Below, one piece after another: positions 27,668 to 37,912 of a stretch of 64,000 bases of DNA. Location of the stretch: positions 16,844 to 80,843 of the IMG/VR virus record IMGVR_UViG_3300027987_000368; one strand, written 5' to 3'. The DNA is from a virus. The first letter of the stretch is position 1. Each line of letters opens with the position of its first letter. The position numbers and the translations under genes were made by a program. A model generated the notes under the pieces. That model had not been told where the DNA came from. It worked only from the letters and a program-made list of their open reading frames with translations, and did not search any database.

Positions 27668-28768
27668 TCATGGTGGTTCCGTCCACGTTATTGTACCTGG
27701 AACGAGCAGCGATGTCGCCCCTACGACCGTGTCGTAGGGCCCATATCCGCCCAGTCCGTCGCTCACGAAAAGGCGGTGATGCTGCTCTCCTGCTGCCCGG
27801 TCGACCGCCTTCACCAGGTCGTCGTAGTAGGCAATCCCCCCTGGCTCGACGTCCGCGAGCGCGAGCGCGAGGGACTGCGTGACAGCGTTTTGGATATCGA
27901 CCGTGTCCGGCGTCAGCACGATGTAGGGGTCGAGGTTTTGCAGCACGGGCCCTTGAACGAACACCCCATGCAGGCCAGCTGGCTTGAGCGCGGTCAGGGA
28001 TGCCTCGACCGTGGCTATCAGAGCGGGGCTGGGGACCGGCGAGTCGCCGGGGTCTGTGGGGTCCCACTCCTGCGCGATGACCACGAGCACCGTGCCGATC
28101 CCAAAGGCGGCGTCGAAGGCCCATGCCTGCGCCACGCCTGCTACGTCGGTCGACCAGCCGATGTAGTCTTGCTCGCTCCCACCGAGCGGGACCGACTGAA
28201 TCTTGAAGAGCGTGCGCAAGCCCACCGATTCGGCATCCTCGGCGTCGAAGCCATCGGTGATCCCGTCTTCGCCCGCCGTGCCGAGCACGATGACGTCAGC
28301 ATCCACACCAGCTGGCGGCGACGGAAACGTGAGCACGGTGCCCGTCGCCGTGTTGCCGATCGATCCAGCCTCGGAAGCGGTGATGGTGATTGTCACCTCG
28401 CCAGTGACAAGCACGACGAATGGCGCCTGCGTCAAGAATTCTGTGCCGTCGTCTCGAGCGACCACGGTCAGCGCCGGAATCACGCTCCCGGCCACGCCGG
28501 TCGCTCGGCCCAGGCCGGTCGCAGAGGTGGCCGGGTTCGGGGTGACCCCGTAGATCGCAGCCCACAGCAATTTGAAGGCAGCGTCAGCGAGATCGACAAA
28601 CATCTGCCGCGCCTCCCATTGCAGGATGCGCAAGTACAGGTATCCGATAGCCGCGAGCGCGAAGGCGATTGCCTCTCGAATCCGGCTTCCGAGCGTCCCG
28701 TTGATCTCGGTCTCGACGTCGTCGCGGGCGAGCTGACGCAGCTGTTTCAGTGTTGGGATCGTGAACAT
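27668..28768 (-). CDS. Baseplate J / Mu gp47-like wedge protein
   Basis: QMFVDLAD, ATG, GSIGNT, GFDAEDAES, GGSEQDYIGW..VAGVAQAW. Confidence 0.9.
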   Translation of the reverse strand: MFTIPTLKQLRQLARDDVETEINGTLGSRIREAIAFALAAIGYLYLRILQWEARQMFVDLADAAFKLLWAAIYGVTPNPATSATGLGRATGVAGSVIPALTVVARDDGTEFLTQAPFVVLVTGEVTITITASEAGSIGNTATGTVLTFPSPPAGVDADVIVLGTAGEDGITDGFDAEDAESVGLRTLFKIQSVPLGGSEQDYIGWSTDVAGVAQAWAFDAAFGIGTVLVVIAQEWDPTDPGDSPVPSPALIATVEASLTALKPAGLHGVFVQGPVLQNLDPYIVLTPDTVDIQNAVTQSLALALADVEPGGIAYYDDLVKAVDRAAGEQHHRLFVSDGLGGYGPYDTVVGATSLLVPGTITWTEPP

Positions 28769-28769
28769 C

Positions 28770-29171
28770 TCAGCCGCCTCCCTGCGGCAACACAACGGCA
28801 CCCTCGGCCACGCCGTTGCTACCGGTACGCGTGATTGCCCATCGCATCGTCAGTTCGTTGGCGGCCGTCTGTGTGACTGTGACGTCGACGCTCGACGCAT
28901 GAAGCGGCACAAACGCGGCGCGAAGGGCTGACTCGTAGCGCTCCTTGAGCAACTCGCGCGTGCTGGCGACGAGCGGTTGTGCAAAGCTCAGCCACGCGCG
29001 CGAGCTCGCCCCCTCGTGCCGACGACACAACCACTGCTGGTGCCGGCGGCTGTCCCGTGGCCGAACCGTGGAGCGCTCTGGGGCGTCAGTGAAGCAGACC
29101 GCCAGCACTTCCTCGGTCAGGGCGTCGAGCTGCTGGCCGGCGAGTTCGTAGACTGGTTTGGCGTTGGTCAT
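28770..29171 (-). CDS. Mu gp46-like baseplate protein
   Basis: CFTD...SSRAWL...ESAL; position between DNA-circularisation protein and J. Confidence 0.65.
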   Translation of the reverse strand: MTNAKPVYELAGQQLDALTEEVLAVCFTDAPERSTVRPRDSRRHQQWLCRRHEGASSRAWLSFAQPLVASTRELLKERYESALRAAFVPLHASSVDVTVTQTAANELTMRWAITRTGSNGVAEGAVVLPQGGG

Positions 29172-30472
29172 GCGAGAGGGTCGAGGTAGAGGATCTTCGT
29201 GCCGGGCAGCAGCCGCAGCATCTCAGGTCCCAGGGCGTTGGTGTCAATTACGCTGTCTACCGCGCGCTGCAGCACGTCGTCGTTGACAGCGCCGAGGTCG
29301 TCATACAACTCGGGGATCAGGGAGAAGACGTCGGTCGTCGTGATGATGGTGTGCGTGAGCAGCCGCGGCAGCGAGGCCGCGGTCTCCGCAAGAAATTGCC
29401 GCGTGGCCTGTCGCATCACGCGGGCATGCTGGTACACGTCACGATCGAGATTCCCCAGGGCGAACAGCGCCTCGAAGGCTGGCTCGAGCGCGTCGGCCAC
29501 GGCCAGCACGCTGTTGACGGTGCCGAACTCGGTCGACGTGATCGCCAGGCAAACAGACACGGTGACCGAGGACAAGACCAGCTGCGTGGCGGCGGCGACT
29601 TCGTCGACCTCCTCTAGATCTTCTTCGCTCGGTATCGGGACCAGGTCGGCCTGCAACGTCGCCGCGCCGTCGTTGAAATTGACCCCGTCGAAGAGCGCGC
29701 CAACGAAGATGTCGGCAGCCTTGTTGCTCGTCGGATTTTGGATCACCGCCGAACCCGTATCTATGTCGCCCTGCGAAGCGAGCGAGGGCACGAGCGATAG
29801 CAGCTGGAGAGCAGCACCCATGAGCTGCATCGCCAGATTTTGCGGCGCGTTCAGGATCTGCTCGAGGGTGCTCGCTATCGCCTGAATCGTTCCGGCGACA
29901 TTGTTGACTGCTCCGAACGCTGCGGAGATTTTGCCCAGCGTATTCGTCAGCCATTCGAGCCCGGCCAGCAGCGTCTCGAGCTGTCCGTCGTAGGGGCCGT
30001 TCAGGCTCTGCCGGCGGCTGAAGTCGAGCGCCACCGCCTTGCTCAGCAGCGAGATCGCAGACTCGACGGCCGAGATCGCGGACTCCGAGAGGATCAGCTG
30101 CGGCTCTGCGTCGATGAGCGTGAGCGACCCCTCGCTCATGAGCTGGCGCGCCTCGTCGTATAGCGTCAGCGAGTACTCGCCATCGAGCCAAAGGCCCGTC
30201 ACTTCTCCGAGCACGGGCGAGTTCAAGGTGAACGGTCCGCCAGCCAGAAACATCGCCCGCAGATCCAGCGACGCGGTCTCGTAGTCGGACACGATCCACT
30301 CGCCATCTTGGATCAACATGAAGTCGACACGGACCCGCTCCGGCGCCTGGCCGAGCGTGACCACGGTCGCGCCGTCGACGTTGGGCGCCTCCTTGATGAC
30401 CGTGCGCTCGGACCCTGTGAGCGCCGTGGTCGTGATGAAGACCGGGATGTCGTTGATGCTTCCGCGCTCCAT
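29168..30472 (-). CDS. Mu gp43/N-like 'DNA circularisation' tail protein
   Basis: N-terminal GSINDIPVF...ERTVIKEAP..DG...LG; C-terminal LysM-like LYDD...N...LLPG. Confidence 0.75.
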   Translation of the reverse strand: MERGSINDIPVFITTTALTGSERTVIKEAPNVDGATVVTLGQAPERVRVDFMLIQDGEWIVSDYETASLDLRAMFLAGGPFTLNSPVLGEVTGLWLDGEYSLTLYDEARQLMSEGSLTLIDAEPQLILSESAISAVESAISLLSKAVALDFSRRQSLNGPYDGQLETLLAGLEWLTNTLGKISAAFGAVNNVAGTIQAIASTLEQILNAPQNLAMQLMGAALQLLSLVPSLASQGDIDTGSAVIQNPTSNKAADIFVGALFDGVNFNDGAATLQADLVPIPSEEDLEEVDEVAAATQLVLSSVTVSVCLAITSTEFGTVNSVLAVADALEPAFEALFALGNLDRDVYQHARVMRQATRQFLAETAASLPRLLTHTIITTTDVFSLIPELYDDLGAVNDDVLQRAVDSVIDTNALGPEMLRLLPGTKILYLDPLA

Positions 30473-31119
30473 CAGGTCCCCTTCGCCTTCGTCGTCGCCG
30501 CCGCGTTGACCAGATCGTTGCCAGGGATCGCTGGCGGGATAATGGCTGTACCATTTAGGAATGCGGCAAAGTTGGTGAACGCCAGCACGCCGCCGTCATT
30601 GGGCGCAAAGTTCCCGAGCTGGATGGCATATGCGGCTGCCTGCACAAGGTGATTCTGCGCGAGCTGTGCCTTCAGTAAAGCCGCCGCCAGCGCGTCTCCG
30701 ACGTTGACGACCTGGCCGTCGTCGACAAGGACCGTCACGTCGGACAGCGATCGAGCGGTCACAACGATGCCGCCGTCATCGTCAAGGTAGATCTCATGGC
30801 CACCAGCGGTCCAGAGCGCCACGTCGCCCGTTTCCGTCGCAGGCCGACCTGTGACGCTCGACACCAGCGCGACCAGATTGTCGACGTCTCCACCGGGCGC
30901 GAACACGAGCGCCTCACCAGATGGCGCAGAGCAGGCAAAGCCGTAGGGTTCGAGCACGTCTGCGGAGTCATCACCGTCGAGCGTGCATGTTGGCCCCTCA
31001 CCTGCTGTACCGGTCACCCCCGACGAGACAGACCACTCGACCATCGACTCGGTAGTGTCCCTGTCGCCGGCCTTGCGCTTGTCGATCAGCCTCACCAAGC
31101 CTTTCAAATTGACGTCCAT
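30472..31119 (-). CDS. Baseplate spike (Mu gp45 / gpV-like)
   Basis: EPYGFACSAP..EALV...GG...RP..ETGDVALW..GH.I.L. Confidence 0.8.
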   Translation of the reverse strand: MDVNLKGLVRLIDKRKAGDRDTTESMVEWSVSSGVTGTAGEGPTCTLDGDDSADVLEPYGFACSAPSGEALVFAPGGDVDNLVALVSSVTGRPATETGDVALWTAGGHEIYLDDDGGIVVTARSLSDVTVLVDDGQVVNVGDALAAALLKAQLAQNHLVQAAAYAIQLGNFAPNDGGVLAFTNFAAFLNGTAIIPPAIPGNDLVNAAATTKAKGT

Positions 31120-32354
31120 CAGGATCCCTCCGGTGGCTTGAACAGCAACTCGAGCTTCTTCTCGTCAAAGTCGATCGTGTCGCTCGCGTCGGCGATCTCC
31201 GTCACGAGTGCGCTGTGCTGACGCAACCACTCGGTGTTGGCCCGATACTGATTTCGGCGACCGCCGAACCCGCCACCGTCGACCGTGAAGTCGTCGAGCA
31301 CAGCATGAGCATCTGGCGGCATGAACTCGAGCATGGTCTTGTCAGCTCCGCCGAGTTCGCGCGAGAGCGTCACCGACGTGAGCAGCATGGTGTCGAAAAA
31401 ACCGCGCACGTTGTCCTCGAGCGGGTAGAGAGTGTTGGGCCAAAACATCGCCTGGCTGTTGTTCGGACTCCAGCCGTCGAGCTCGATCGATACTCGGATG
31501 GCCTCGGCCCTGCGCTTGCGAACCTCGTACTCGGCCTGTCGAAGCAGTTCGCCCTCAGTCCGAGCGCCCGCCTCCGCGTCGATGATCAGCGGGCTGTACC
31601 TGGCAGAGCTGTCGTAGGCTGGCGCGCCGAGCTGCGTGAGCCCGCCTCCGGCCTTCCGCTTCTTGCTCTTGCGACCGACGATGATCTCCGACTGGACCGC
31701 GCGGCCGTCCAACTCGTAGCCCCACGAGAGCACGCGCGCGTGCGGCCGCGCGATCGCGATCGGTGACGATCGGACGGCGTTGCGCGTGAGCCTGATCGAC
31801 GCCTTCGCCTTGCGATCTGGGGTGACCGATGCCGCGCCGCTCACCAGGATGCAGCCCTGGCGCTTGGCCACCCTCTGGATAAACTCCCACGCGCCCTCGT
31901 TCTTCTTGATCTTGATCTTATCGATTGGAACATCGGCGATCTCGTTGCCGGTCTCGCCGACGTCGACCACGATGTCGAACGGCCGGACCACGCGCTCGAT
32001 GATCTGCCGCGCCGACAGGTTGCGGAACACCCGGCTCGTCACGCTCTCGCCGTCGCCGATCTTGATCGACGACTTGGTCAGGCGCTGGGCCGAGGAGAAC
32101 CCCGTGATCGACAGCGTGTCGGAGTTGGCGTCGCCATGGCTGCGGTAGTTCAGGACCTCGCCCACAAGCACGACGCGACCAGCGATCGCCACGGCCATCG
32201 AGTCGCCGATCCGCAGATCGGCCAGCGCGATGTCGTCGGCGACCTCGACCTGTACCTGGTCCGCGAGCTCGCTCACCGCAAGGCGCAGCGAGAACGACAT
32301 CACGCGCTGCAGGTTCTTACCGCCGATCTGCACGACAAGGGACGGGAGGGTCAT
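31119..32354 (-). CDS. Baseplate hub (Mu gp44/P-like)
   Basis: 411 aa; EGAWEFIQRVAKRQG, RYSPLII, GW...FWPN; follows the tape measure. Confidence 0.8.
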   Translation of the reverse strand: MTLPSLVVQIGGKNLQRVMSFSLRLAVSELADQVQVEVADDIALADLRIGDSMAVAIAGRVVLVGEVLNYRSHGDANSDTLSITGFSSAQRLTKSSIKIGDGESVTSRVFRNLSARQIIERVVRPFDIVVDVGETGNEIADVPIDKIKIKKNEGAWEFIQRVAKRQGCILVSGAASVTPDRKAKASIRLTRNAVRSSPIAIARPHARVLSWGYELDGRAVQSEIIVGRKSKKRKAGGGLTQLGAPAYDSSARYSPLIIDAEAGARTEGELLRQAEYEVRKRRAEAIRVSIELDGWSPNNSQAMFWPNTLYPLEDNVRGFFDTMLLTSVTLSRELGGADKTMLEFMPPDAHAVLDDFTVDGGGFGGRRNQYRANTEWLRQHSALVTEIADASDTIDFDEKKLELLFKPPEGS

Positions 32355-34843
32355 GAGGAGATCCCTGCTTCCATGCTCGGGCCCGTCGTCTTGGTCGTGT
32401 TGGCTGCTACCATCTTCGTCGCGTCGATGAGCTCCTGCATCGCGGCGAGCGTGCCGCCCTCCCCCGAGAAGCCGGTGGGCGCGGTGAATGCTGCCTCGCC
32501 GAGGTTCAGCGTCGCGCCATATTGCTTATCAAATGCGGCAAGATCAGCCTCGGCGCGCGCGGCCTGCATATCCAGATCTTCGGTCACGCCGGACGCAACA
32601 TTGAGCAATCCCGACCAACCACCAAGGCTCTTTTGCAAGAGGTTCGCGTCTTCGGCAACCCCACCAACTCGAGACTCGGTCGCTGCCGAACGCGCCGATT
32701 TCGTCACGGAGATCAGTCGGCTGCGTCGCTCCATGAGCAACTCCGCATCGGTCTTCTGAACCGGACCCAACGTCGAGCCCGAGACCGCGGCGATTTCCGC
32801 GTCGATCGCCGCCTTCGCCTTCTTTCCGCGGGCACCTTTTCGCTGCTCTTCGAGTTCGGCGATCCTAGTCGCCTTATCGGCCTCGAACTTGGTCCTCTCT
32901 ACGGCCGTTGCCTCGCGCATAAACGAGATGTTTTTCTGCTGTTCCTCTATTGACTTGATCGTCTCCTCGTACTTGGTGAGCGACGTCTGGGCCTGGTCGA
33001 GCACGAGGTTGAAGGCGGTGATGGCCACGGCCGCGCCAGCAAAGATCGCCGGCATCGCACCAACCATCGCTTTCATCCCACCGCCGATCTTGGACGTCAT
33101 GCTCATCGCCGTCCCCTGCTTTGTGACTGCCGTGCTCAGCGTATCAGTCGCGCTGCTCAGCTTCATGTTTCCCAGCTGCGTGACGCCCGAGAGCGCCTGC
33201 CACATCGAGTAGACGCTGATCAGAGCACCAGCTGCCTTCGCGGCGACGGCCGTCCCTATGGCCACCTTGGCTAGCGTTCCGGCAAGGTTGGGGTTTTCCT
33301 TTATCCAGTCCCGCGTCCCAGAAATTATCGGCATCACAACGTCGGACAATTCGAGCAGTGCTGGGACAAGCTCCTGGCCCGCCTGGATCTTCAGCAACTC
33401 CCACTGGGCCTCAAGCTTCGCGGCCTTCTGGGCGGCCGTGTTCGACATCTTGGCGTAGGCAGCCTCGGCCTTGCCTGCCGAGTTGGTCGCGTCACCCAAT
33501 ACGCTGTGGAAGCCCTCGAGGTCCTGAACGAGTCCGCCGATCGCTGCCTGGGCTTCGGACGATTCGAACAGCTTACCCAGCGTTTGGGCGCTGTACTTCT
33601 CGGAAGCGGCGATCTGCATCACCCACGCCTCGAGCCCGCCAGCAGCCTTGATTCCCGCCGCGCTGAAGTCGATCCCGAGCTTCTCGGCCTCTTCGCGAGC
33701 CATCTTGCTCGGCTTGGAGATGTTCACCAACGCCTGATTGAGCCCCTTCGAAGCGACCGCGCTCGACTTCATCTTCAGAGACAGGAAGGAAACCGCGGCG
33801 GCGGTCTCCTCCATCGATAGCCCCGCACGAGATGCGCTGTTGGCCACTTGCGGAAGCGCGCCGGCCATCTCCGACACCGTCGTCTGGCCGCGCTGCACGG
33901 CCGCGAACATGATGTCAGACGCCTTTTCGGACGTGACTCCGAAGTTGGCGACACTCTTGCTGATCGCTAGAACAGCTTCCTCCTGCGTCGCCACACCGCC
34001 GATCGCCAGCTTGTTTGCCGCTGTCAGCTGCGACTGCGCTTCGGCAGCTGTCGATGCGCCGGCGGACACGATCGAGTAGAAGGCCTTGACCTGCTCTGTC
34101 GGCAGCCCGCCGAACTCCGCCGCGGCGTCCTTTGTGGCTTTCTGGATCTGGTCGATCGAGATGTCGTCGGTCAGCGTGCTGACTTCGACGACCGCCTTCT
34201 CGTAGTCCTTGAAGGCGTCGAATGTCCCGCGGATCCCCTGCTCGACTTGGCTACCGAACTGCTCGAATTCACCGCCGGCGGCCGCGAGGTTCTCGGCGAA
34301 CTCGAGCTTGCCGAACGGGCCCATCTTGGCCTTTCCTGGCTTGCTCGGGTCGGCGCCAAGAGATGTTTTGGCCGCGTTGCGAGCTGCTCGGCGTCGGCGC
34401 GAGTTGATCTCGCGCTGCGTCTCGACCTCCTGCAGCTGCGCGTCCGACAGCCTGTTGAGGTTCTTCGCCGCTCGCTGCGACGCGCGGACGCGCTGCTGCC
34501 CCGCGCGCGCGAGCATGGACACCTGTCGCTCGGCATCGCGCGACTCCTTTCGATACGATTTTTGGCGCGAGCGCTGTGCGGACTGCAGCGCCTTGTCGAA
34601 GCTGGTCCTCGTGTCTCGAGGTCCGGCGCCGCTGGCTCGCGATGCGCCGCCACCCCCACGTCCACCACCACGACCCGCGCCGGCGAGCGAGCCGAGCGAC
34701 CCACTGCCGAGGCCACCCATCGCCTTGTTGGCGCGGCCAAGGGAGTCAGCGAACCCGTCGGCAAGCTTCGTCGCGCTCGTCAGCCACTTGTGGACGCCCT
34801 TGTCACGCGCCTTGGCCTGGAGGATGACGTTGATCGTGGGCAT
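32351..34843 (-). CDS. Tail tape measure protein
   Basis: 830-aa Ala-rich helical protein; TP901-type core (YEKAVVEVSTL...FYSIVSAG...GQTTVSEMA). Confidence 0.9.
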   Translation of the reverse strand: MPTINVILQAKARDKGVHKWLTSATKLADGFADSLGRANKAMGGLGSGSLGSLAGAGRGGGRGGGGASRASGAGPRDTRTSFDKALQSAQRSRQKSYRKESRDAERQVSMLARAGQQRVRASQRAAKNLNRLSDAQLQEVETQREINSRRRRAARNAAKTSLGADPSKPGKAKMGPFGKLEFAENLAAAGGEFEQFGSQVEQGIRGTFDAFKDYEKAVVEVSTLTDDISIDQIQKATKDAAAEFGGLPTEQVKAFYSIVSAGASTAAEAQSQLTAANKLAIGGVATQEEAVLAISKSVANFGVTSEKASDIMFAAVQRGQTTVSEMAGALPQVANSASRAGLSMEETAAAVSFLSLKMKSSAVASKGLNQALVNISKPSKMAREEAEKLGIDFSAAGIKAAGGLEAWVMQIAASEKYSAQTLGKLFESSEAQAAIGGLVQDLEGFHSVLGDATNSAGKAEAAYAKMSNTAAQKAAKLEAQWELLKIQAGQELVPALLELSDVVMPIISGTRDWIKENPNLAGTLAKVAIGTAVAAKAAGALISVYSMWQALSGVTQLGNMKLSSATDTLSTAVTKQGTAMSMTSKIGGGMKAMVGAMPAIFAGAAVAITAFNLVLDQAQTSLTKYEETIKSIEEQQKNISFMREATAVERTKFEADKATRIAELEEQRKGARGKKAKAAIDAEIAAVSGSTLGPVQKTDAELLMERRSRLISVTKSARSAATESRVGGVAEDANLLQKSLGGWSGLLNVASGVTEDLDMQAARAEADLAAFDKQYGATLNLGEAAFTAPTGFSGEGGTLAAMQELIDATKMVAANTTKTTGPSMEAGISS

Positions 34844-35835
34844 CTATCGTCGTCGTCCGAGTAGGGCCGCGAGAACGGCTGAGAGGGCGTGGGCGTTGGC
34901 GTGAGCGGTGCGGGTGCGCTGGCGTTCGGCGTCGAGCGCGAGCGCGTTGAGCTCGCCGAGAGTCAGGTCGTCGATGTCTTCGGGGCGCCAGCCGCCGTAG
35001 ACGTGGAAGAGAGTCGCGCACCGATTGCGGTGTTCTGCTGCTGTCCCGCTTTTTTTTTGAGTGCCTCGAACGCGTCCCACGCATGGATGGCATCCTCGGT
35101 GCGGAGCGCGAGCATCATCCCCAGCGCGCGATCGCTGGCCTTGGCCAGTGCTACGAGGCGCCCCATCCACTCGCTCTTCTCGCGCGCGGCGGTCCCCGTG
35201 TGCAGTCGCATGTGACCCGCTCGGACCGGCCCGATCGACAGGACCCCGACGCCAGGAGTGCGGCAGCGGACGCGCGCCGTGGTGCCATCGATCTCAGTGA
35301 GCAGCGCCTGCGCGACCTCGATCCACGCGAGCTCGGGCGCGCCTGCGATGAGCTGCTTGCCCCCACCTTCGAAGTAGATCTCCTTGCAGATGTTGGCGGC
35401 GTCTCGACCAGCGGCACGCACGCACAAGGCGATCCCGCCCTCGACGTCGGCCGGATCCATGCGCCACTCGACCGTGTCGAGATCGAGGCCCATGGCGCGG
35501 GCAAACACCTCGTGCTTGATCCGGTCGTCGAGATGGGCAACGCACAGGTCCGAGGCCGTGAAGCCGCGGATCGTGATCTTGGTCGGCCGCTCGTCTTCGG
35601 ACTCCTGGATCTCGAGCCCGTCGGGTGCCAGGCGTGGCTCGATCGGGACCAGGTCGACCTCGTACGGATCGGTCGTGTCCTCGGCTGGCGCCGCGATGGC
35701 GTCCACCGCGTTGGCGATGGCGAACCAACCTCGACCGCCGTCCTCGAGCTGCTCGATCGGCAACAGCAGCGCCCCGTCTTCATCGACCGGGCACACGGAC
35801 CGAAACGCGGCGTAGAGCTGAGCGGCGTCAGCCAA
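34844..35835 (-). CDS. Tail assembly chaperone pair G/GT (G = 34963-35835; GT by -1 frameshift, ending 34844)
   Basis: Between tube and tape measure; A9 slippery run at 35050-35058; the -1 frame encodes GGWRPEDIDDLTLGEL (GpE'-like). Confidence 0.75.
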
Positions 35836-35837
35836 GA

Positions 35838-36212
35838 TCAGCTGCCCTTCTTGGTCTGAAGGACCTGCTTGCCGTTGTACGTGATCGCAACATCGCCCGA
35901 GCCACCGGAGAACGACGGAGGATCCGTGTTGAACGCCGAGCGCATCAGCCACTCATCGCCGGTGTCGGTCTGAATGCGGATGTCGACATTGACCGCGGTG
36001 AACGCCGCCACGATGTCCGTGCCCGCCTCGACCGCGCAGGTAAGCGAGACCTCGGCCGCGGTACCTTGGCGCGTCGAGCCGACGACCTCCTGTCCTGCGA
36101 GCACGGGCGTGTTGGTGAACCCGCCGAAGTTGATCGACGCGGTCCCGTCCTTGACCAGCACCTTGCGAGTGCCGATCACCACTGCTCGAACGTCGCTGAT
36201 TAGTCGGGCCAT
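35838..36212 (-). CDS. Tail tube protein (Mu gp40-like)
   Basis: 124 aa following the sheath; GG..NTPV.G..VVG; IQTDTG..W. Confidence 0.8.
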   Translation of the reverse strand: MARLISDVRAVVIGTRKVLVKDGTASINFGGFTNTPVLAGQEVVGSTRQGTAAEVSLTCAVEAGTDIVAAFTAVNVDIRIQTDTGDEWLMRSAFNTDPPSFSGGSGDVAITYNGKQVLQTKKGS

Positions 36213-36215
36213 GGA

Positions 36216-37646
36216 TTATCCTTGCACGCTGAATGCGGTCACGACGTCGATCGTGCCGGTGTTGATGTAGTTCGTGCCCGGGATCGGCGGGCTCGTGTTG
36301 ATCGTCAACTCGTTCGCGCCCGAGCGCACGACCTGGAGATTCGTCTCGTAGTACTCGGCGTTGTCCGTCCACGCCCGGGCCTGGAACACCTCGCGGTTGA
36401 GCGAGATCATCACCTGCCTGACGCCCTCGGGGTCGATGACCTTGTCCGCCGTGTCGACGTCGTACTGGACCGCGCCGACGTCGTCGACCAGCGTCTTGCC
36501 GATGTAGGGCTGGAGCGTGATGAGCTGCAGCTGTCGGATCTCGGCGGCGGTCAGCTTGGTCTCGGCGTCCTGGAAGATCTCCGAAGGCTGCCCGAGGCCG
36601 TTGAGCTTGTAGAGCGTGATCATTCGCTGCACGCGGGTCTTGCCCGCCACGTAGTGAAACGTGGCGATCCCGCTCGAGAGCAGCGTCTGCTGATCCGCTG
36701 GCTGCAAGTACTCGGTCTCGTCGGGCGCTACCAGGCCAGGGATGTCCAAGTCGTAGAGCGTCAGCTTGGGATTCTCGACGCTGGCACGCAGACCAGCGAC
36801 GCGCCCCGCCCACGCCCACGGGTTCGCGGGAACATAGGGATCACCAAAGATGGTGATGTGCTTGGTGTCCTCGCCGAGCCCGAGCGTTGCCAGGGTGCCG
36901 ACCGTGTCTCGGCGACCAATGAATGCGTGCCCGTCGATCTGCCGCGACTCGGTCCAGCGGTCGTCGAGCTCGGCGATCGCAGCTGTGAGGTTGAGCGCGG
37001 CCGTGTCGGGCAGGACCCAGTACTTGTAGCGCGTGCCGCCGAGCACCGCGATCGCAGCTGCAAGGTCGGGGTCGCCGGCCCCGGCCGACATCGCTACCGG
37101 GGCAATCGTGATGCCGGGGGTGTCCTGCAACACCTTGAACCGGATCTGGTTGCCGTGAGCTCCGATGCTGCGGGCCGTGAGCGTCTGGACGCCAGCCAAT
37201 ACGCTGCTGGTCACGTGCAGATCAAGGTATTCGTTGACCGCAGCGTCGGCAGCAGCAGCGACCGTGCCGAAGGCATCTCCGATCGCTACTGGCACAACGA
37301 TCGACTGATCTTCGACCTGCAGGATGACCGGCGTCGCCGTGGTCGCCGCGCCTGTGTAGGTGAGCGTCCCCGTGGCAGCAACGCCCGCGGGGGCGTCCAT
37401 CAACACCAGAGTCACATCCGCGCTGCGGTAGGCACCGAAGACAGCGACGACCTCCTGGTGCGCTTGCGATCCGCGGCCTGCATAGCTGGCCGCTTCATCT
37501 GGCGAAAACACTCGTGTCGGGGTGTTGATCGCGAGCGAGCCCGCGACAGTTTTTATCCCAAACACGAGGATCTTGTTCGCGGTGAACAGCGACCCAGTTC
37601 GTAGATCGCTGATCGTGTAGCGTCCGCCTGGTACCAAAATGGCCAT
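36216..37646 (-). CDS. Tail sheath protein (Mu gpL-like)
   Basis: GRGSQAH, LTARSIGAHGN, MSAGAGDPDL, LLSSGIAT, QRMITLY. Confidence 0.92.
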   Translation of the reverse strand: MAILVPGGRYTISDLRTGSLFTANKILVFGIKTVAGSLAINTPTRVFSPDEAASYAGRGSQAHQEVVAVFGAYRSADVTLVLMDAPAGVAATGTLTYTGAATTATPVILQVEDQSIVVPVAIGDAFGTVAAAADAAVNEYLDLHVTSSVLAGVQTLTARSIGAHGNQIRFKVLQDTPGITIAPVAMSAGAGDPDLAAAIAVLGGTRYKYWVLPDTAALNLTAAIAELDDRWTESRQIDGHAFIGRRDTVGTLATLGLGEDTKHITIFGDPYVPANPWAWAGRVAGLRASVENPKLTLYDLDIPGLVAPDETEYLQPADQQTLLSSGIATFHYVAGKTRVQRMITLYKLNGLGQPSEIFQDAETKLTAAEIRQLQLITLQPYIGKTLVDDVGAVQYDVDTADKVIDPEGVRQVMISLNREVFQARAWTDNAEYYETNLQVVRSGANELTINTSPPIPGTNYINTGTIDVVTAFSVQG

Positions 37647-37912
37647 TAGTTGCCGTCCTTCTTGCTGCGATCTGCGTGTTGTTTGGGCAAGGCCTTGGCC
37701 TGCTCGACCTTCTCGACCGAGCCCTCGATGATGCGGCGCGTCCAGTATGACCCAGACGTGCCATCCATCGAGACCGTGTCTCCCTCGGCGAGAAGCACCT
37801 TCAGGCGACCTCCGGCCACTGGCGGATAGGGGATCGTGGCCGTCTGTGGTCCACGACCAGCGTCGACCATCTTCGGCCTGATGAAAATTCGCTTGGGTGT
37901 CTTGGCCATCAT
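37646..37912 (-). CDS. DUF2635 / Mu gp38-like small protein
   Basis: L.AEG..V...YWTRRIIEGSV directly upstream of the sheath. Confidence 0.75.
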   Translation of the reverse strand: MMAKTPKRIFIRPKMVDAGRGPQTATIPYPPVAGGRLKVLLAEGDTVSMDGTSGSYWTRRIIEGSVEKVEQAKALPKQHADRSKKDGN

